A DNA stretch of 42,410 nucleotides from the IMG/VR virus record IMGVR_UViG_3300025718_000226, positions 1 through 42,410 of that record. One strand, 5' to 3'. Source of the stretch: a virus. Its lineage: Duplodnaviria; Caudoviricetes. Each line of letters starts with the position of its first letter. Positions within the stretch are counted from its first letter, which is position 1. The notes below the pieces were generated by a model. It made no database searches. It was not told the DNA's origin and saw only the letters and a list, made by a program, of their open reading frames with translations. Shown here piece after piece: positions 1 through 7,474 of the stretch. The translations under genes were made by a program, and so were the position numbers.

Positions 1-381
1 TCAAGAATAGCTTGCCGACTTGAATGCATGGCATACCTCCGAACATCTGTCTGCGTGGACAATTTTCTTCCTCTGTAAATGAACTATACTTGACCTAACG
101 CATACCCTACTCACGTCTTTTAGCTCGTTATCACTCCAAAATATTGCTTTTATATCCTCAATATCTTCTATACTGAGTCTTTCACTCCCTGGTAGACTAC
201 CACTAACACACTCTACTATCTCACTGTTTACATGCTCCGTCGTTGCGATTATCATCAATCTACCTATTTTAAAAACGCCATTTTCATTGTCCGCAACATG
301 ACCCGTTGGATATAGAGACTCTTTTTCTCTTTCAATCCACCTAATAATACCATCATTGATAATTTCATCAAAGTTTCTCAT
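1..381 (-). CDS. Hypothetical phage protein, 126 aa, LexA-regulated; weak resemblance to DUF7694-type phage proteins
   Basis: ATG at 381 follows RBS AAGGGGG. The ORF-track extension to 594 runs through a promoter and a terminator. The pattern L-IIA..VS-S...R...IK-IFW-D-E..HL resembles a common phage family. Confidence 0.7.
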   Translation of the reverse strand: MRNFDEIINDGIIRWIEREKESLYPTGHVADNENGVFKIGRLMIIATTEHVNSEIVECVSGSLPGSERLSIEDIEDIKAIFWSDNELKDVSRVCVRSSIVHLQRKKIVHADRCSEVCHAFKSASYS

Positions 382-398
382 TAACGGCCCCCTTATAT

Positions 399-412
399 CG
401 AACATACGTTTG
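399..412. promoter_or_regulatory. LexA (SOS/Cheo) box
   Basis: CGAACATACGTTTG matches the Firmicutes consensus CGAACRNRYGTTYG exactly and lies between the -10 and the RBS. Confidence 0.85.
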
Positions 413-417
413 TTACT

Positions 418-446
418 ATTATATAGCAGATATTGGTAAAAGTAAA
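418..446 (-). promoter_or_regulatory. SigA-type promoter for the 1..381 gene
   Basis: Minus strand TTTACT-17 nt-TATAAT. Confidence 0.75.
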
Positions 447-458
447 CATGTATTATAA

Positions 459-484
459 ATAAAAATAGCCACCCGAAGGCAGCC
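459..484 (-). terminator. Intrinsic terminator
   Basis: Minus strand GGCTGCC-TTCG-GGTGGCT followed by ATTTTT. Confidence 0.65.
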
Positions 485-518
485 ACCGAATACCAATGCA
501 CAAGAAAATATCCATTTT

Positions 519-608
519 TTATTGAATCCCCGACATTGCAAGCGGAAGCATAGCAACCACAAAAAAATAACATAACATAATTGTGACAGTCCAAATAACA
601 TATTTCAT
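519..608 (-). CDS. Small hydrophobic membrane peptide, 29 aa (MKYVIWTVTIMLCYFFVVAMLPLAMSGIQ)
   Basis: Strong RBS AAAGGAG, ATG at 608, TAA at 519-521, downstream terminator. Below the ORF-track size cut-off. Confidence 0.6.
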   Translation of the reverse strand: MKYVIWTVTIMLCYFFVVAMLPLAMSGIQ

Positions 609-748
609 AAAATCATCTCCTTTCATATTATAATCATATAACAATATTCCCCTATTTTTTTATCATTTTTGCTACTAATTTAATTTTTTCTCTATTTATA
701 AACAAAAAAAATTGCCTTACTCAATTAAGAACAAAGCGGCTTTATTTA

Positions 749-1429
749 CTATATTCGTTCTCTCAACCAATCAACTTTACTTTTTACTACCCGCGCAGGA
801 TTCCCTGCCAATATAACATTTTCTTCAATGAATTTTTTAGTTACCAAAGAACCCGCGCCTACTATACAATTATTTGCTATGTTTACTCCTTTTAATAATA
901 TTACTTTTTGGCCAATCCATACATGGTTACCAATGGAAATATTTTCAGAAATATTAAGTCTTTTCCCGTCTAGATCTACAATGGAATGACTATCACCTGT
1001 TTTAAATTCGATCTCATTCGCAAACATACATCCATTCCCAATATTGATGGTTGTTCCTTCAATGGCTACAAGTTGCGTAACTCCATGAATTGAAGTACCT
1101 TCACCAATAGAAATTTCATTATTATCATCCTCAATACATAATTCTGTATCTTGCATACGCACTTTTTTATTAATCACTATGCGATTATTATTTCCATATA
1201 TGTATATATTACAGTTTATTAGCCTTGATAAATCATCAATAATTATAGTGTTATTAATACCTTCAACTGTAAAGTTTGTCTTTTTCATGACAACAGATCC
1301 TATTTTTACACTGTTATTTGAAGGAACATGCAAATTATTACGCCCCGCAATATGATTATAAAGCCATAATAAAAGTGATATCCTTTGGGGATTATTTTTA
1401 ATGAATGCTATAATTTCTTGCTTCAACAT
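749..1429 (-). CDS. Left-handed beta-helix (hexapeptide repeat) O-acyltransferase, WcaF/maltose-acetyltransferase-like moron
   Basis: IGNGCMF..DSHS, IGNHVWIG..V.LLKGV.I..NCIVGAGSLVTK and AGNPARVVK motifs. AT-rich, with its own RBS. Confidence 0.9.
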   Translation of the reverse strand: MLKQEIIAFIKNNPQRISLLLWLYNHIAGRNNLHVPSNNSVKIGSVVMKKTNFTVEGINNTIIIDDLSRLINCNIYIYGNNNRIVINKKVRMQDTELCIEDDNNEISIGEGTSIHGVTQLVAIEGTTINIGNGCMFANEIEFKTGDSHSIVDLDGKRLNISENISIGNHVWIGQKVILLKGVNIANNCIVGAGSLVTKKFIEENVILAGNPARVVKSKVDWLRERI

Positions 1430-1671
1430 TTTTCCTCCATTATATATTTTTACAGAATATAATATGTTCTAAGTTGCTAATCATTCGTATGTATCTAACC
1501 ATATCATGGAAATACACTCGCGACAATAGAAATAAATATAAGAACATCTACTAAATAAGACCGGGAATACTGTAATAATTCCATTAACAATGTAAATAAA
1601 AAAACCACTACTAAGTAATTAAGCTCGATAGTGGCTTTAATTTCAAATCTCAAATCTCCAATCGCTTGGAA

Positions 1672-1950
1672 TTATCCATGTTTAACCCTGTCGTGTTCCT
1701 CGGCCCGCTTGCTGTTACACCACTTGGTTGTACTGCCAACTAAGTAGCCGGTGATTCTGCGAATCCTCTCAAATGGAACCTTCTCAAACACACACCTAAC
1801 ATCTATAAAATCGCCATCGACAGCGATGTCCGCGCTGATTATTTTATATTTGCTTTTGGCCTGCAGTTCGGTAAGGTAAATGGCTAATTCATCGTTGCTG
1901 ATCGTGCCTGTGACTGTTAGCTCTATGCCGTTAATTTCTTTGTTAATCAT
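1672..1950 (-). CDS. Stand-alone NrdD C-terminal (glycyl-radical) domain protein, 92 aa
   Basis: RIRRITGYLVG..WCNSKRAEEHDRVKH is the class III RNR glycyl-radical loop and C-terminus. ATG at 1950 follows AAGGAGG. Confidence 0.85.
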   Translation of the reverse strand: MINKEINGIELTVTGTISNDELAIYLTELQAKSKYKIISADIAVDGDFIDVRCVFEKVPFERIRRITGYLVGSTTKWCNSKRAEEHDRVKHG

Positions 1951-1968
1951 ATAAAAATCCTCCTTAAA

Positions 1969-2009
1969 TAAAAAAATCCGTCCTACCAATGCGGTAAGAC
2001 GGATTTTTT
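1969..2009 (-). terminator. Intrinsic (probably bidirectional) terminator
   Basis: Minus strand AAAAAATCCGTCTTACC-GCATT-GGTAGGACGGATTTTTTT. Confidence 0.8.
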
Positions 2010-2066
2010 GCGTATAAACCTGTTGATAACTTTTATAGTGTTACGGTACCCGCCCCAGGGACGTTT

Positions 2067-2294
2067 TTACTGTGCTACAGGAGTATCAACCGTTGCAGTT
2101 TCAGTTATAGCAAGGGTTGCCAATTTAGCAACAGCTAAATCTTGCACTGCTGTTAATGCTACGCTCTTGATTGCTGTTTGAGTGCCGGCAAAGGTCGTGG
2201 TTTTGTCTGCTGCCTTTTGCAATAAATACGCTACTAATTGCATTAAAATATTGGTACCTGCTGTTTTCAAAGTTGCTGTTGTTTGAGTTGTCAT
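2067..2294 (-). CDS. Hypothetical Ala/Thr-rich amphipathic protein, lysis region
   Basis: 75-aa ORF with RBS GAGGGA, co-oriented at the end of the lysis cassette. Confidence 0.7.
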   Translation of the reverse strand: MTTQTTATLKTAGTNILMQLVAYLLQKAADKTTTFAGTQTAIKSVALTAVQDLAVAKLATLAITETATVDTPVAQ

Positions 2295-2317
2295 AATAAA
2301 ATTCCCTCTTCCATTTT

Positions 2318-2650
2318 TTATTTTTGTGTCATTAGATAACTGATTAACGCCGACAGTACTGTTGATATTGTTGCTGTCGGATAATGCTTTTTTATTGCGG
2401 TCATTGCGTAGTCTGCGACTACAGGTAAGTATTTTTTAGCAATGTCAGCGAATGTTGGTTTAATCATGTCGAGTATTTCCTGCTCGGTTAGATTTGGATT
2501 GCCCGATTGGGCGCGAATATCAGCCAGCACCATGGGTTCGAATTGCTGAGCTATCTCGCGGACCCCTGAGGGTAATTGGGCGATTATTAGTCTAGCTTGT
2601 ACAGCGGAGACGTATTGCCGTACAAGTGTATTGTCAATCAAGTTAACCAC
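2318..2650 (-). CDS. Hypothetical protein with hydrophobic C-terminus, lysis region
   Basis: 110-aa ORF overlapping the upstream stop; ends ATISTVLSALISYLM. Confidence 0.7.
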   Translation of the reverse strand: MVNLIDNTLVRQYVSAVQARLIIAQLPSGVREIAQQFEPMVLADIRAQSGNPNLTEQEILDMIKPTFADIAKKYLPVVADYAMTAIKKHYPTATISTVLSALISYLMTQK

Positions 2651-3119
2651 ATCCTTTCAGTGCTTTATATAAGTCGTTCGGCGTAATGCAATCAGCACGT
2701 ACGCTCGGCAAAACATTAAAACCGCCTGCTCGTAAGACACGCACGACGGTTTCTGAGCAATTGCAGGTTAGTTCGCCATCTGCGGTAAGTTGTATTCCAG
2801 TGGTATCAAATACCCCGCCATCGATGCAATCAATATACCCATATAGGGTGCCGATCAGTTCCTGCGCTCTTGTTTCAGCATCAGCAAGGTTAGGTATATC
2901 AACCTCGATCAAATAGACATTAGGATCGTTGTCATATTTGGCAATGTCATGTAGCCACACGCCAGGGTATTTATCGCCATCGTCTTTGACTCCAAGGGCT
3001 TCCACCACTCCGTCATTTATTTTTATGGCAGTATGTGAGTATTGTCCATGGCTAAAGGCATCTATGACCTGGTCAACTAAACTATCCCCGTGGACAAAAA
3101 TTACTACTACTTTTGGCAT
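2643..3119 (-). CDS. Permuted papain-like NlpC/P60 amidase (YiiX/YaeF-like)
   Basis: His before Cys order: YSHTAI...VEA...G.LY...CSE.V...ITPNDL. Confidence 0.8.
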   Translation of the reverse strand: MPKVVVIFVHGDSLVDQVIDAFSHGQYSHTAIKINDGVVEALGVKDDGDKYPGVWLHDIAKYDNDPNVYLIEVDIPNLADAETRAQELIGTLYGYIDCIDGGVFDTTGIQLTADGELTCNCSETVVRVLRAGGFNVLPSVRADCITPNDLYKALKGCG

Positions 3120-3277
3120 ACCTTGCCCTCCTTCAACTTTTTAATGGCATTAAGAAAACCGTCTTCAATCTCCTGAATGATTTTTTCATCTTCAGGGCAT
3201 ATTGATAGACGGTTTTCCCTATACTTTTCTATTATTTTTGGTAGATGGTTTTTAATCAGGTTAGACACCTGCGACAT
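3107..3277 (-). CDS. Possible small hypothetical protein, 56 aa (MSQVSNLIKNHLPK...)
   Basis: Open frame bridging the amidase end and the papain-like gene start, overlapping both. RBS is weak. Confidence 0.35.
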   Translation of the reverse strand: MSQVSNLIKNHLPKIIEKYRENRLSICPEDEKIIQEIEDGFLNAIKKLKEGKVCQK

Positions 3278-3824
3278 AATCAGTAATACCTACAGCTATC
3301 GCTCGTGCTAACTTATCTTTACCACTAGCACTGGCCAATATCTTTTCATCACCATCATTACTAATAAAGGCTGTTTCAACTAGTACAGCTACTGCATTAG
3401 TATTAGTTAATACGTACAGGCCATTTGTGTGTGGTTTAGCATTCTTGGTACCACGATCAATTTCTTGCAAGTTACCCACAATCTGCTTATCAATGCAACC
3501 TGCTAATCGTTCTCCTTCTGCAGAGCCGTCACAAAACCATGTCTCAGTTCCCCTGGCCTGATCAGTTCCTGCCGAATTACAATGGATGCTTACAAATAGA
3601 TCCGCTGGAAAGTCATTACTAGTATCGCAAATAACCTGTAGTTCATCGTTTTGGACTACTATCGTTTCATAACCTACCGCTTGCAAATACTTCAATACTA
3701 GATTCCCAATGATAAAAACTACATCATTTTCACATAAACCTGTCGTAGAATTTACGGCTCCAGGGTCCAATGTACTACCATCGCCCAACCTTGGCGCATG
3801 ACCGGGATTAATACAAATTTTCAT
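3261..3824 (-). CDS. Endolysin, N-acetylmuramoyl-L-alanine amidase (Amidase_3), catalytic domain only
   Basis: INPGH..DPGAV, E, ADLFVSIHCNS, RGTETW, LYVL, AVLVETAFISN motifs. Confidence 0.95.
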   Translation of the reverse strand: MKICINPGHAPRLGDGSTLDPGAVNSTTGLCENDVVFIIGNLVLKYLQAVGYETIVVQNDELQVICDTSNDFPADLFVSIHCNSAGTDQARGTETWFCDGSAEGERLAGCIDKQIVGNLQEIDRGTKNAKPHTNGLYVLTNTNAVAVLVETAFISNDGDEKILASASGKDKLARAIAVGITDYVAGV

Positions 3825-4237
3825 TATTTTTTACCTCCTATAATATCGCGTTGCAACTGGTTACCTCTTGCCTGACAATCTTTCGAATGATCCATCATTG
3901 TATCTATAATTAATTTAATATCTTCCTTTGTGGCTGAATTGGAAAAATGTATGTCTAATCTATCATGTACCCTAACTATATTTTCTTGATTAGCGACATT
4001 CTTGCTTAGGTTGAACATGTCAGCTTGCAGGCTAGTAAGGCTTTGAGATATAGCGGACGCTCTAACATCATGCACAGCAAAAGTTGTTCCTAGGTTTTCA
4101 ATGGCAGCCACTAGTCTTTCTACCGCTCTTGGCAGTACTTTGGTAAAAAACCATGCAAACAGCCCCATTATTAAAATCACTGCGGTATTACCCGCCCCAA
4201 GTTTCTGAAATATTTCTACGAGTACCCCAACATCCAA
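3824..4237 (-). CDS. Putative holin (N-terminal TM helix plus coiled coil)
   Basis: TM segment AVILIMGLFAWFF; immediately upstream of the endolysin with stop/start overlap. Confidence 0.6.
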   Translation of the reverse strand: MDVGVLVEIFQKLGAGNTAVILIMGLFAWFFTKVLPRAVERLVAAIENLGTTFAVHDVRASAISQSLTSLQADMFNLSKNVANQENIVRVHDRLDIHFSNSATKEDIKLIIDTMMDHSKDCQARGNQLQRDIIGGKK

Positions 4238-4343
4238 TATTCTTCACCTCCGTAAAATCAGCATAAAAATAAGCCCTTACTATGCATGGTTCTCTTGGCA
4301 TGTGATAATCTCCATAAAAAATAGACGCCCTATGCGCCCTTAA

Positions 4344-4907
4344 TTACCAAGTTATTGCCAGCACTGCTTCCACTGTTGTTGCTAAATTTACGGCCGCTTG
4401 TTGAGCCCAGAGATGTGCTTTTACTGCTGACCATGCGCTGGCAAGATCATTACCTAATTGCACCATTTGCACAGCATTAAGATATTGGACTGTTTTAGCA
4501 CTATCTGCTGCCGTTTGGTTTGCCTTGGCGCGTACTGGCGTTGTTCCTACAGGCGCGCCAGCAAAAAATGTTGTTGCAGAATATACAGTTGGATTACTTA
4601 ATGCAATCAGATACTGCCTATTTATTACCGTTTGGGTATCTGCATCCGAATCGTACCAAAGTGCTGTACCAGTGGCTGTAGAAGTAAAACCTGCAATATA
4701 AGCATTTGCTGCTGCCATACTAAATTTATTTAATTGATTCGTCTGGGCTTGTTGTAGAGTCGTTTCTGGGACAGGAGTAGGTGTATTACCTGCTGCCACC
4801 CATGTCAGGTATACTTGATAATCTGCGTTTGCAGGATCAGCTGGGATACAAGCACCATCTTGGCGCATTATACATGTGTTGGTAGTTAACTGATACATTT
4901 TATTCAC
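4344..4907 (-). CDS. Tail fibre assembly/chaperone-like protein
   Basis: DGACIPADPANADYQVYLTWVAAGNTP motif and C-terminal ATTVEAVLAITW; follows the fibre gene. Confidence 0.7.
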   Translation of the reverse strand: MNKMYQLTTNTCIMRQDGACIPADPANADYQVYLTWVAAGNTPTPVPETTLQQAQTNQLNKFSMAAANAYIAGFTSTATGTALWYDSDADTQTVINRQYLIALSNPTVYSATTFFAGAPVGTTPVRAKANQTAADSAKTVQYLNAVQMVQLGNDLASAWSAVKAHLWAQQAAVNLATTVEAVLAITW

Positions 4908-4910
4908 TCC

Positions 4911-6827
4911 TTATAATTCAGATGTTATTACAAATGCTACACTATTATAAACGTAGGTGCTGCTATTTTGTGTGGTTTGACTGAAGATCCATATAATCGA
5001 TCTTGTTGTTTGTTGTAATACGGATGGAGTACCTGCTAGATTTAAGGACCATGTAATTGACGGAATTGTAGGTACAGCTCTCATATCTACTGGGAACCAT
5101 AACCATGCGTCTTCATTACCTATATTGGCATTTGTGACGCAATTACGAGCTACTGCATCTATCGGTACAAGCAGCGCATATCTCTGACACTTACGTAATA
5201 AATCCCCATATTCTAATGCCTCAAATGACGTAGCAATTACCCCTAACTCAAACTGTCCTGCTCCAAACGTCCCGGCATTAAACTCAACCGTAACATTGCT
5301 ACCTGCGGTAATCCCTGTAACGGTTAATGGGGAAGCACTATAGGTTCCTCCATTAACTCGGCCTTGTGCTGTACCGGCCCACGATAATGTATAAGTACCA
5401 CCGACAATGTTAAGCCCCTCAATAACCTGCTGTAACGATCCTGCCGTGATCGTGGCAGTTGTCAACGGAGAGCCGGACTGCGCGAAGGTATAGGTACATC
5501 CACTTGCACCAGCTTTGAATCTGTCATGAGCATAAATTCCAGCAGCTAATGCAGTACCACTTACGTAGCTTCGCTGATTAATTGCTAATCCTCCATTGAT
5601 TAATTTGTTACGATTGCTAGGCTGGAGTTGTCCCATATTAACGGCATCCCCGGAATTTACGCCCGCAAGCAAGTTTACTATTTTTTGATTTTGGAAACTA
5701 CAAGCCCCTGCAGGCTCATAGCCCACGCAAATCCAGTTACCGCTACCAAGACTACGAAATTTCACAATATCGCCAGCATTTGTAACCAAACTACTTGCAC
5801 CTGGAATAATTAAGCTTGCAGAATTATAAGTGATAGTTAAAGTACCCATAAACTCGACTGTTCTTTCAGCTCCTGCCGGTGCTGTACCCAAGCTTGTAAT
5901 TGTAGTTGTCCCAGTTACTTGTAGAAAATTTCCTGTGGCAGCTCCGATATTTGTAGTTGCAGCAGAGACTATGCTGGTACCCATTGCTTCATTAATTGTC
6001 CCCGATACCGCGCCACCTGTCAGCGGCAAATACCCCGCATTATGCTGATAATCAGTACACTTCCAGTTACCTCCTCCGATAGACGTGAATTCTGCGGTAT
6101 CCCCAGCATTAATTGATAAATTAGCATTACCTGGCAATATTAACGACGTCGCATTGTTTGTCAATGTTAACGCCGACGTAAATAATAACCTTCGTTTCGT
6201 TCCGGCTTGAACCGTATCAAATGCCGTGATTGTTGTTGTCCCTGTGACATTAATCGTATTTCCGAGAGCTGCACCAATTGCCATTATACCCGTTGAAGCT
6301 AATGTGACTGTTGCTTCATTAATTGCTCCTGCCATACTGCCGCCCGCAAGCGGCAAATACGCAGATAATTGTGCTTGTGTTGCGAATATCGATGAGTTAA
6401 CAGTTGCCGTTACGCTAGATGCACTACCTACAGCCAAAATCACATTCAGTAAGCTATTAACAACTACCGCGCCACCACCAGCGGGTAGATAATCGCACTG
6501 ACCACCAGCGTTGGCGATCGCATACAATATTTCTCCGGCCTGCGGATCAGTTGCATAAACTCCTATTTCATTGACCATAAACCCAGCCGCAACACCAGTA
6601 TTCGTGAGCGTCCCTGCGATTGTAGCCTGTCCACTAACAACAGAACAATTTGTAATTGAAACAACCTGTTGGGGTGAAATTAAATCAGTGAGTGCTGGGA
6701 GCGATACTCCTGTCCCTAAAACACCGTTGCCAACTTTCATTTTTGTAAATACGAGTGCTGTTCCTGCCAGTACTTTAGCCTGTAGAACTAATCCTAGATT
6801 GGTTAAAACCATTCCTGTAAAAGCCAA
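4911..6827 (-). CDS. Tail fibre protein
   Basis: N-terminal collar domain (LTNLG...EIGVYATDP..GEILYA), two internal repeats of about 109 aa, and a NKLING..INQR...FELG.ATSFE..CQRY C-terminal domain. Confidence 0.9.
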   Translation of the reverse strand: MAFTGMVLTNLGLVLQAKVLAGTALVFTKMKVGNGVLGTGVSLPALTDLISPQQVVSITNCSVVSGQATIAGTLTNTGVAAGFMVNEIGVYATDPQAGEILYAIANAGGQCDYLPAGGGAVVVNSLLNVILAVGSASSVTATVNSSIFATQAQLSAYLPLAGGSMAGAINEATVTLASTGIMAIGAALGNTINVTGTTTITAFDTVQAGTKRRLLFTSALTLTNNATSLILPGNANLSINAGDTAEFTSIGGGNWKCTDYQHNAGYLPLTGGAVSGTINEAMGTSIVSAATTNIGAATGNFLQVTGTTTITSLGTAPAGAERTVEFMGTLTITYNSASLIIPGASSLVTNAGDIVKFRSLGSGNWICVGYEPAGACSFQNQKIVNLLAGVNSGDAVNMGQLQPSNRNKLINGGLAINQRSYVSGTALAAGIYAHDRFKAGASGCTYTFAQSGSPLTTATITAGSLQQVIEGLNIVGGTYTLSWAGTAQGRVNGGTYSASPLTVTGITAGSNVTVEFNAGTFGAGQFELGVIATSFEALEYGDLLRKCQRYALLVPIDAVARNCVTNANIGNEDAWLWFPVDMRAVPTIPSITWSLNLAGTPSVLQQTTRSIIWIFSQTTQNSSTYVYNSVAFVITSEL

Positions 6828-6838
6828 TATTACCCCTC

Positions 6839-7474
6839 CTAAATTGTAAAAGTTTTACCGATATAAATTGCACCACCGACATAAACCGCATCATTGACAC
6901 TATAATTTGGAAACTGAGCCATGCCAATATTTAATGTTTGGCCCCTATAGATAATGCCCCCGATATAGACCGAGCCCGACCAGTTGCGCTTAATTAAAAT
7001 ACAATCAAGCCAAGAACGAACATTTTGTGTCGCAGAAATCAATGCTGCTAACTGGTTATAAATAGCCTGCGTAGAAATGATCTCATCAGTCTGCACCCTA
7101 AAATGATACGGTGCACCAGCGTACTGAAACCACTCTGTAACCACTCCATTTGATAAAACAGTACTGACCATCTCCTGCACGACTGCGGCTGTCCCTTTAA
7201 TTCGATGCCATTGTAGGGAGTTTTTCACTAGCGCGATTCGAGTAGCCAGTGGCAATGTATCATCGTAAAAATCGACATTCCACTGCCACGCCAGATTATC
7301 AATAACTTCGGACGGTTGTTGGTCGAGTTTGGAGATAATCATGATCTGATCGACTGCTACGGAAACAGCTTGCAATTCTCCTTGTAATGCGCCACATGCC
7401 GCTATGACTTGTGGATCAAACTGCAACGATGGAGGTACTAAGCCAAGCAGATCAAAATTACGCATATTCTTCAT
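6839..7474 (-). CDS. Phage tail protein I (P2 GpI-like baseplate wedge)
   Basis: LAWQWNVDFY, HRIKGT.AVV and EWFQYAG.PYHF motifs. Confidence 0.9.
   Translation of the reverse strand: MKNMRNFDLLGLVPPSLQFDPQVIAACGALQGELQAVSVAVDQIMIISKLDQQPSEVIDNLAWQWNVDFYDDTLPLATRIALVKNSLQWHRIKGTAAVVQEMVSTVLSNGVVTEWFQYAGAPYHFRVQTDEIISTQAIYNQLAALISATQNVRSWLDCILIKRNWSGSVYIGGIIYRGQTLNIGMAQFPNYSVNDAVYVGGAIYIGKTFTI

Noticed and set aside
382-601. N-terminal extension of ORF 1..594 and the ORF 419..601
   Set aside because: Both cross a terminator, promoter or SOS box and lack an RBS. The ATG at 381 and the 519..608 peptide have proper SD sequences.
2010-2045. NrdR-box-like ACACTATAAAAGTT and DnaA-box-like TTATCAACA upstream of the NrdD-like gene
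   Set aside because: Single, mismatched copies, separated from the gene by a terminator.
4911-6827. Diversity-generating retroelement or invertible fibre cassette
   Set aside because: No reverse transcriptase, no TR/VR pair and no inverted alternative fibre ends. The resolvase is about 19 kb away with its own res site.
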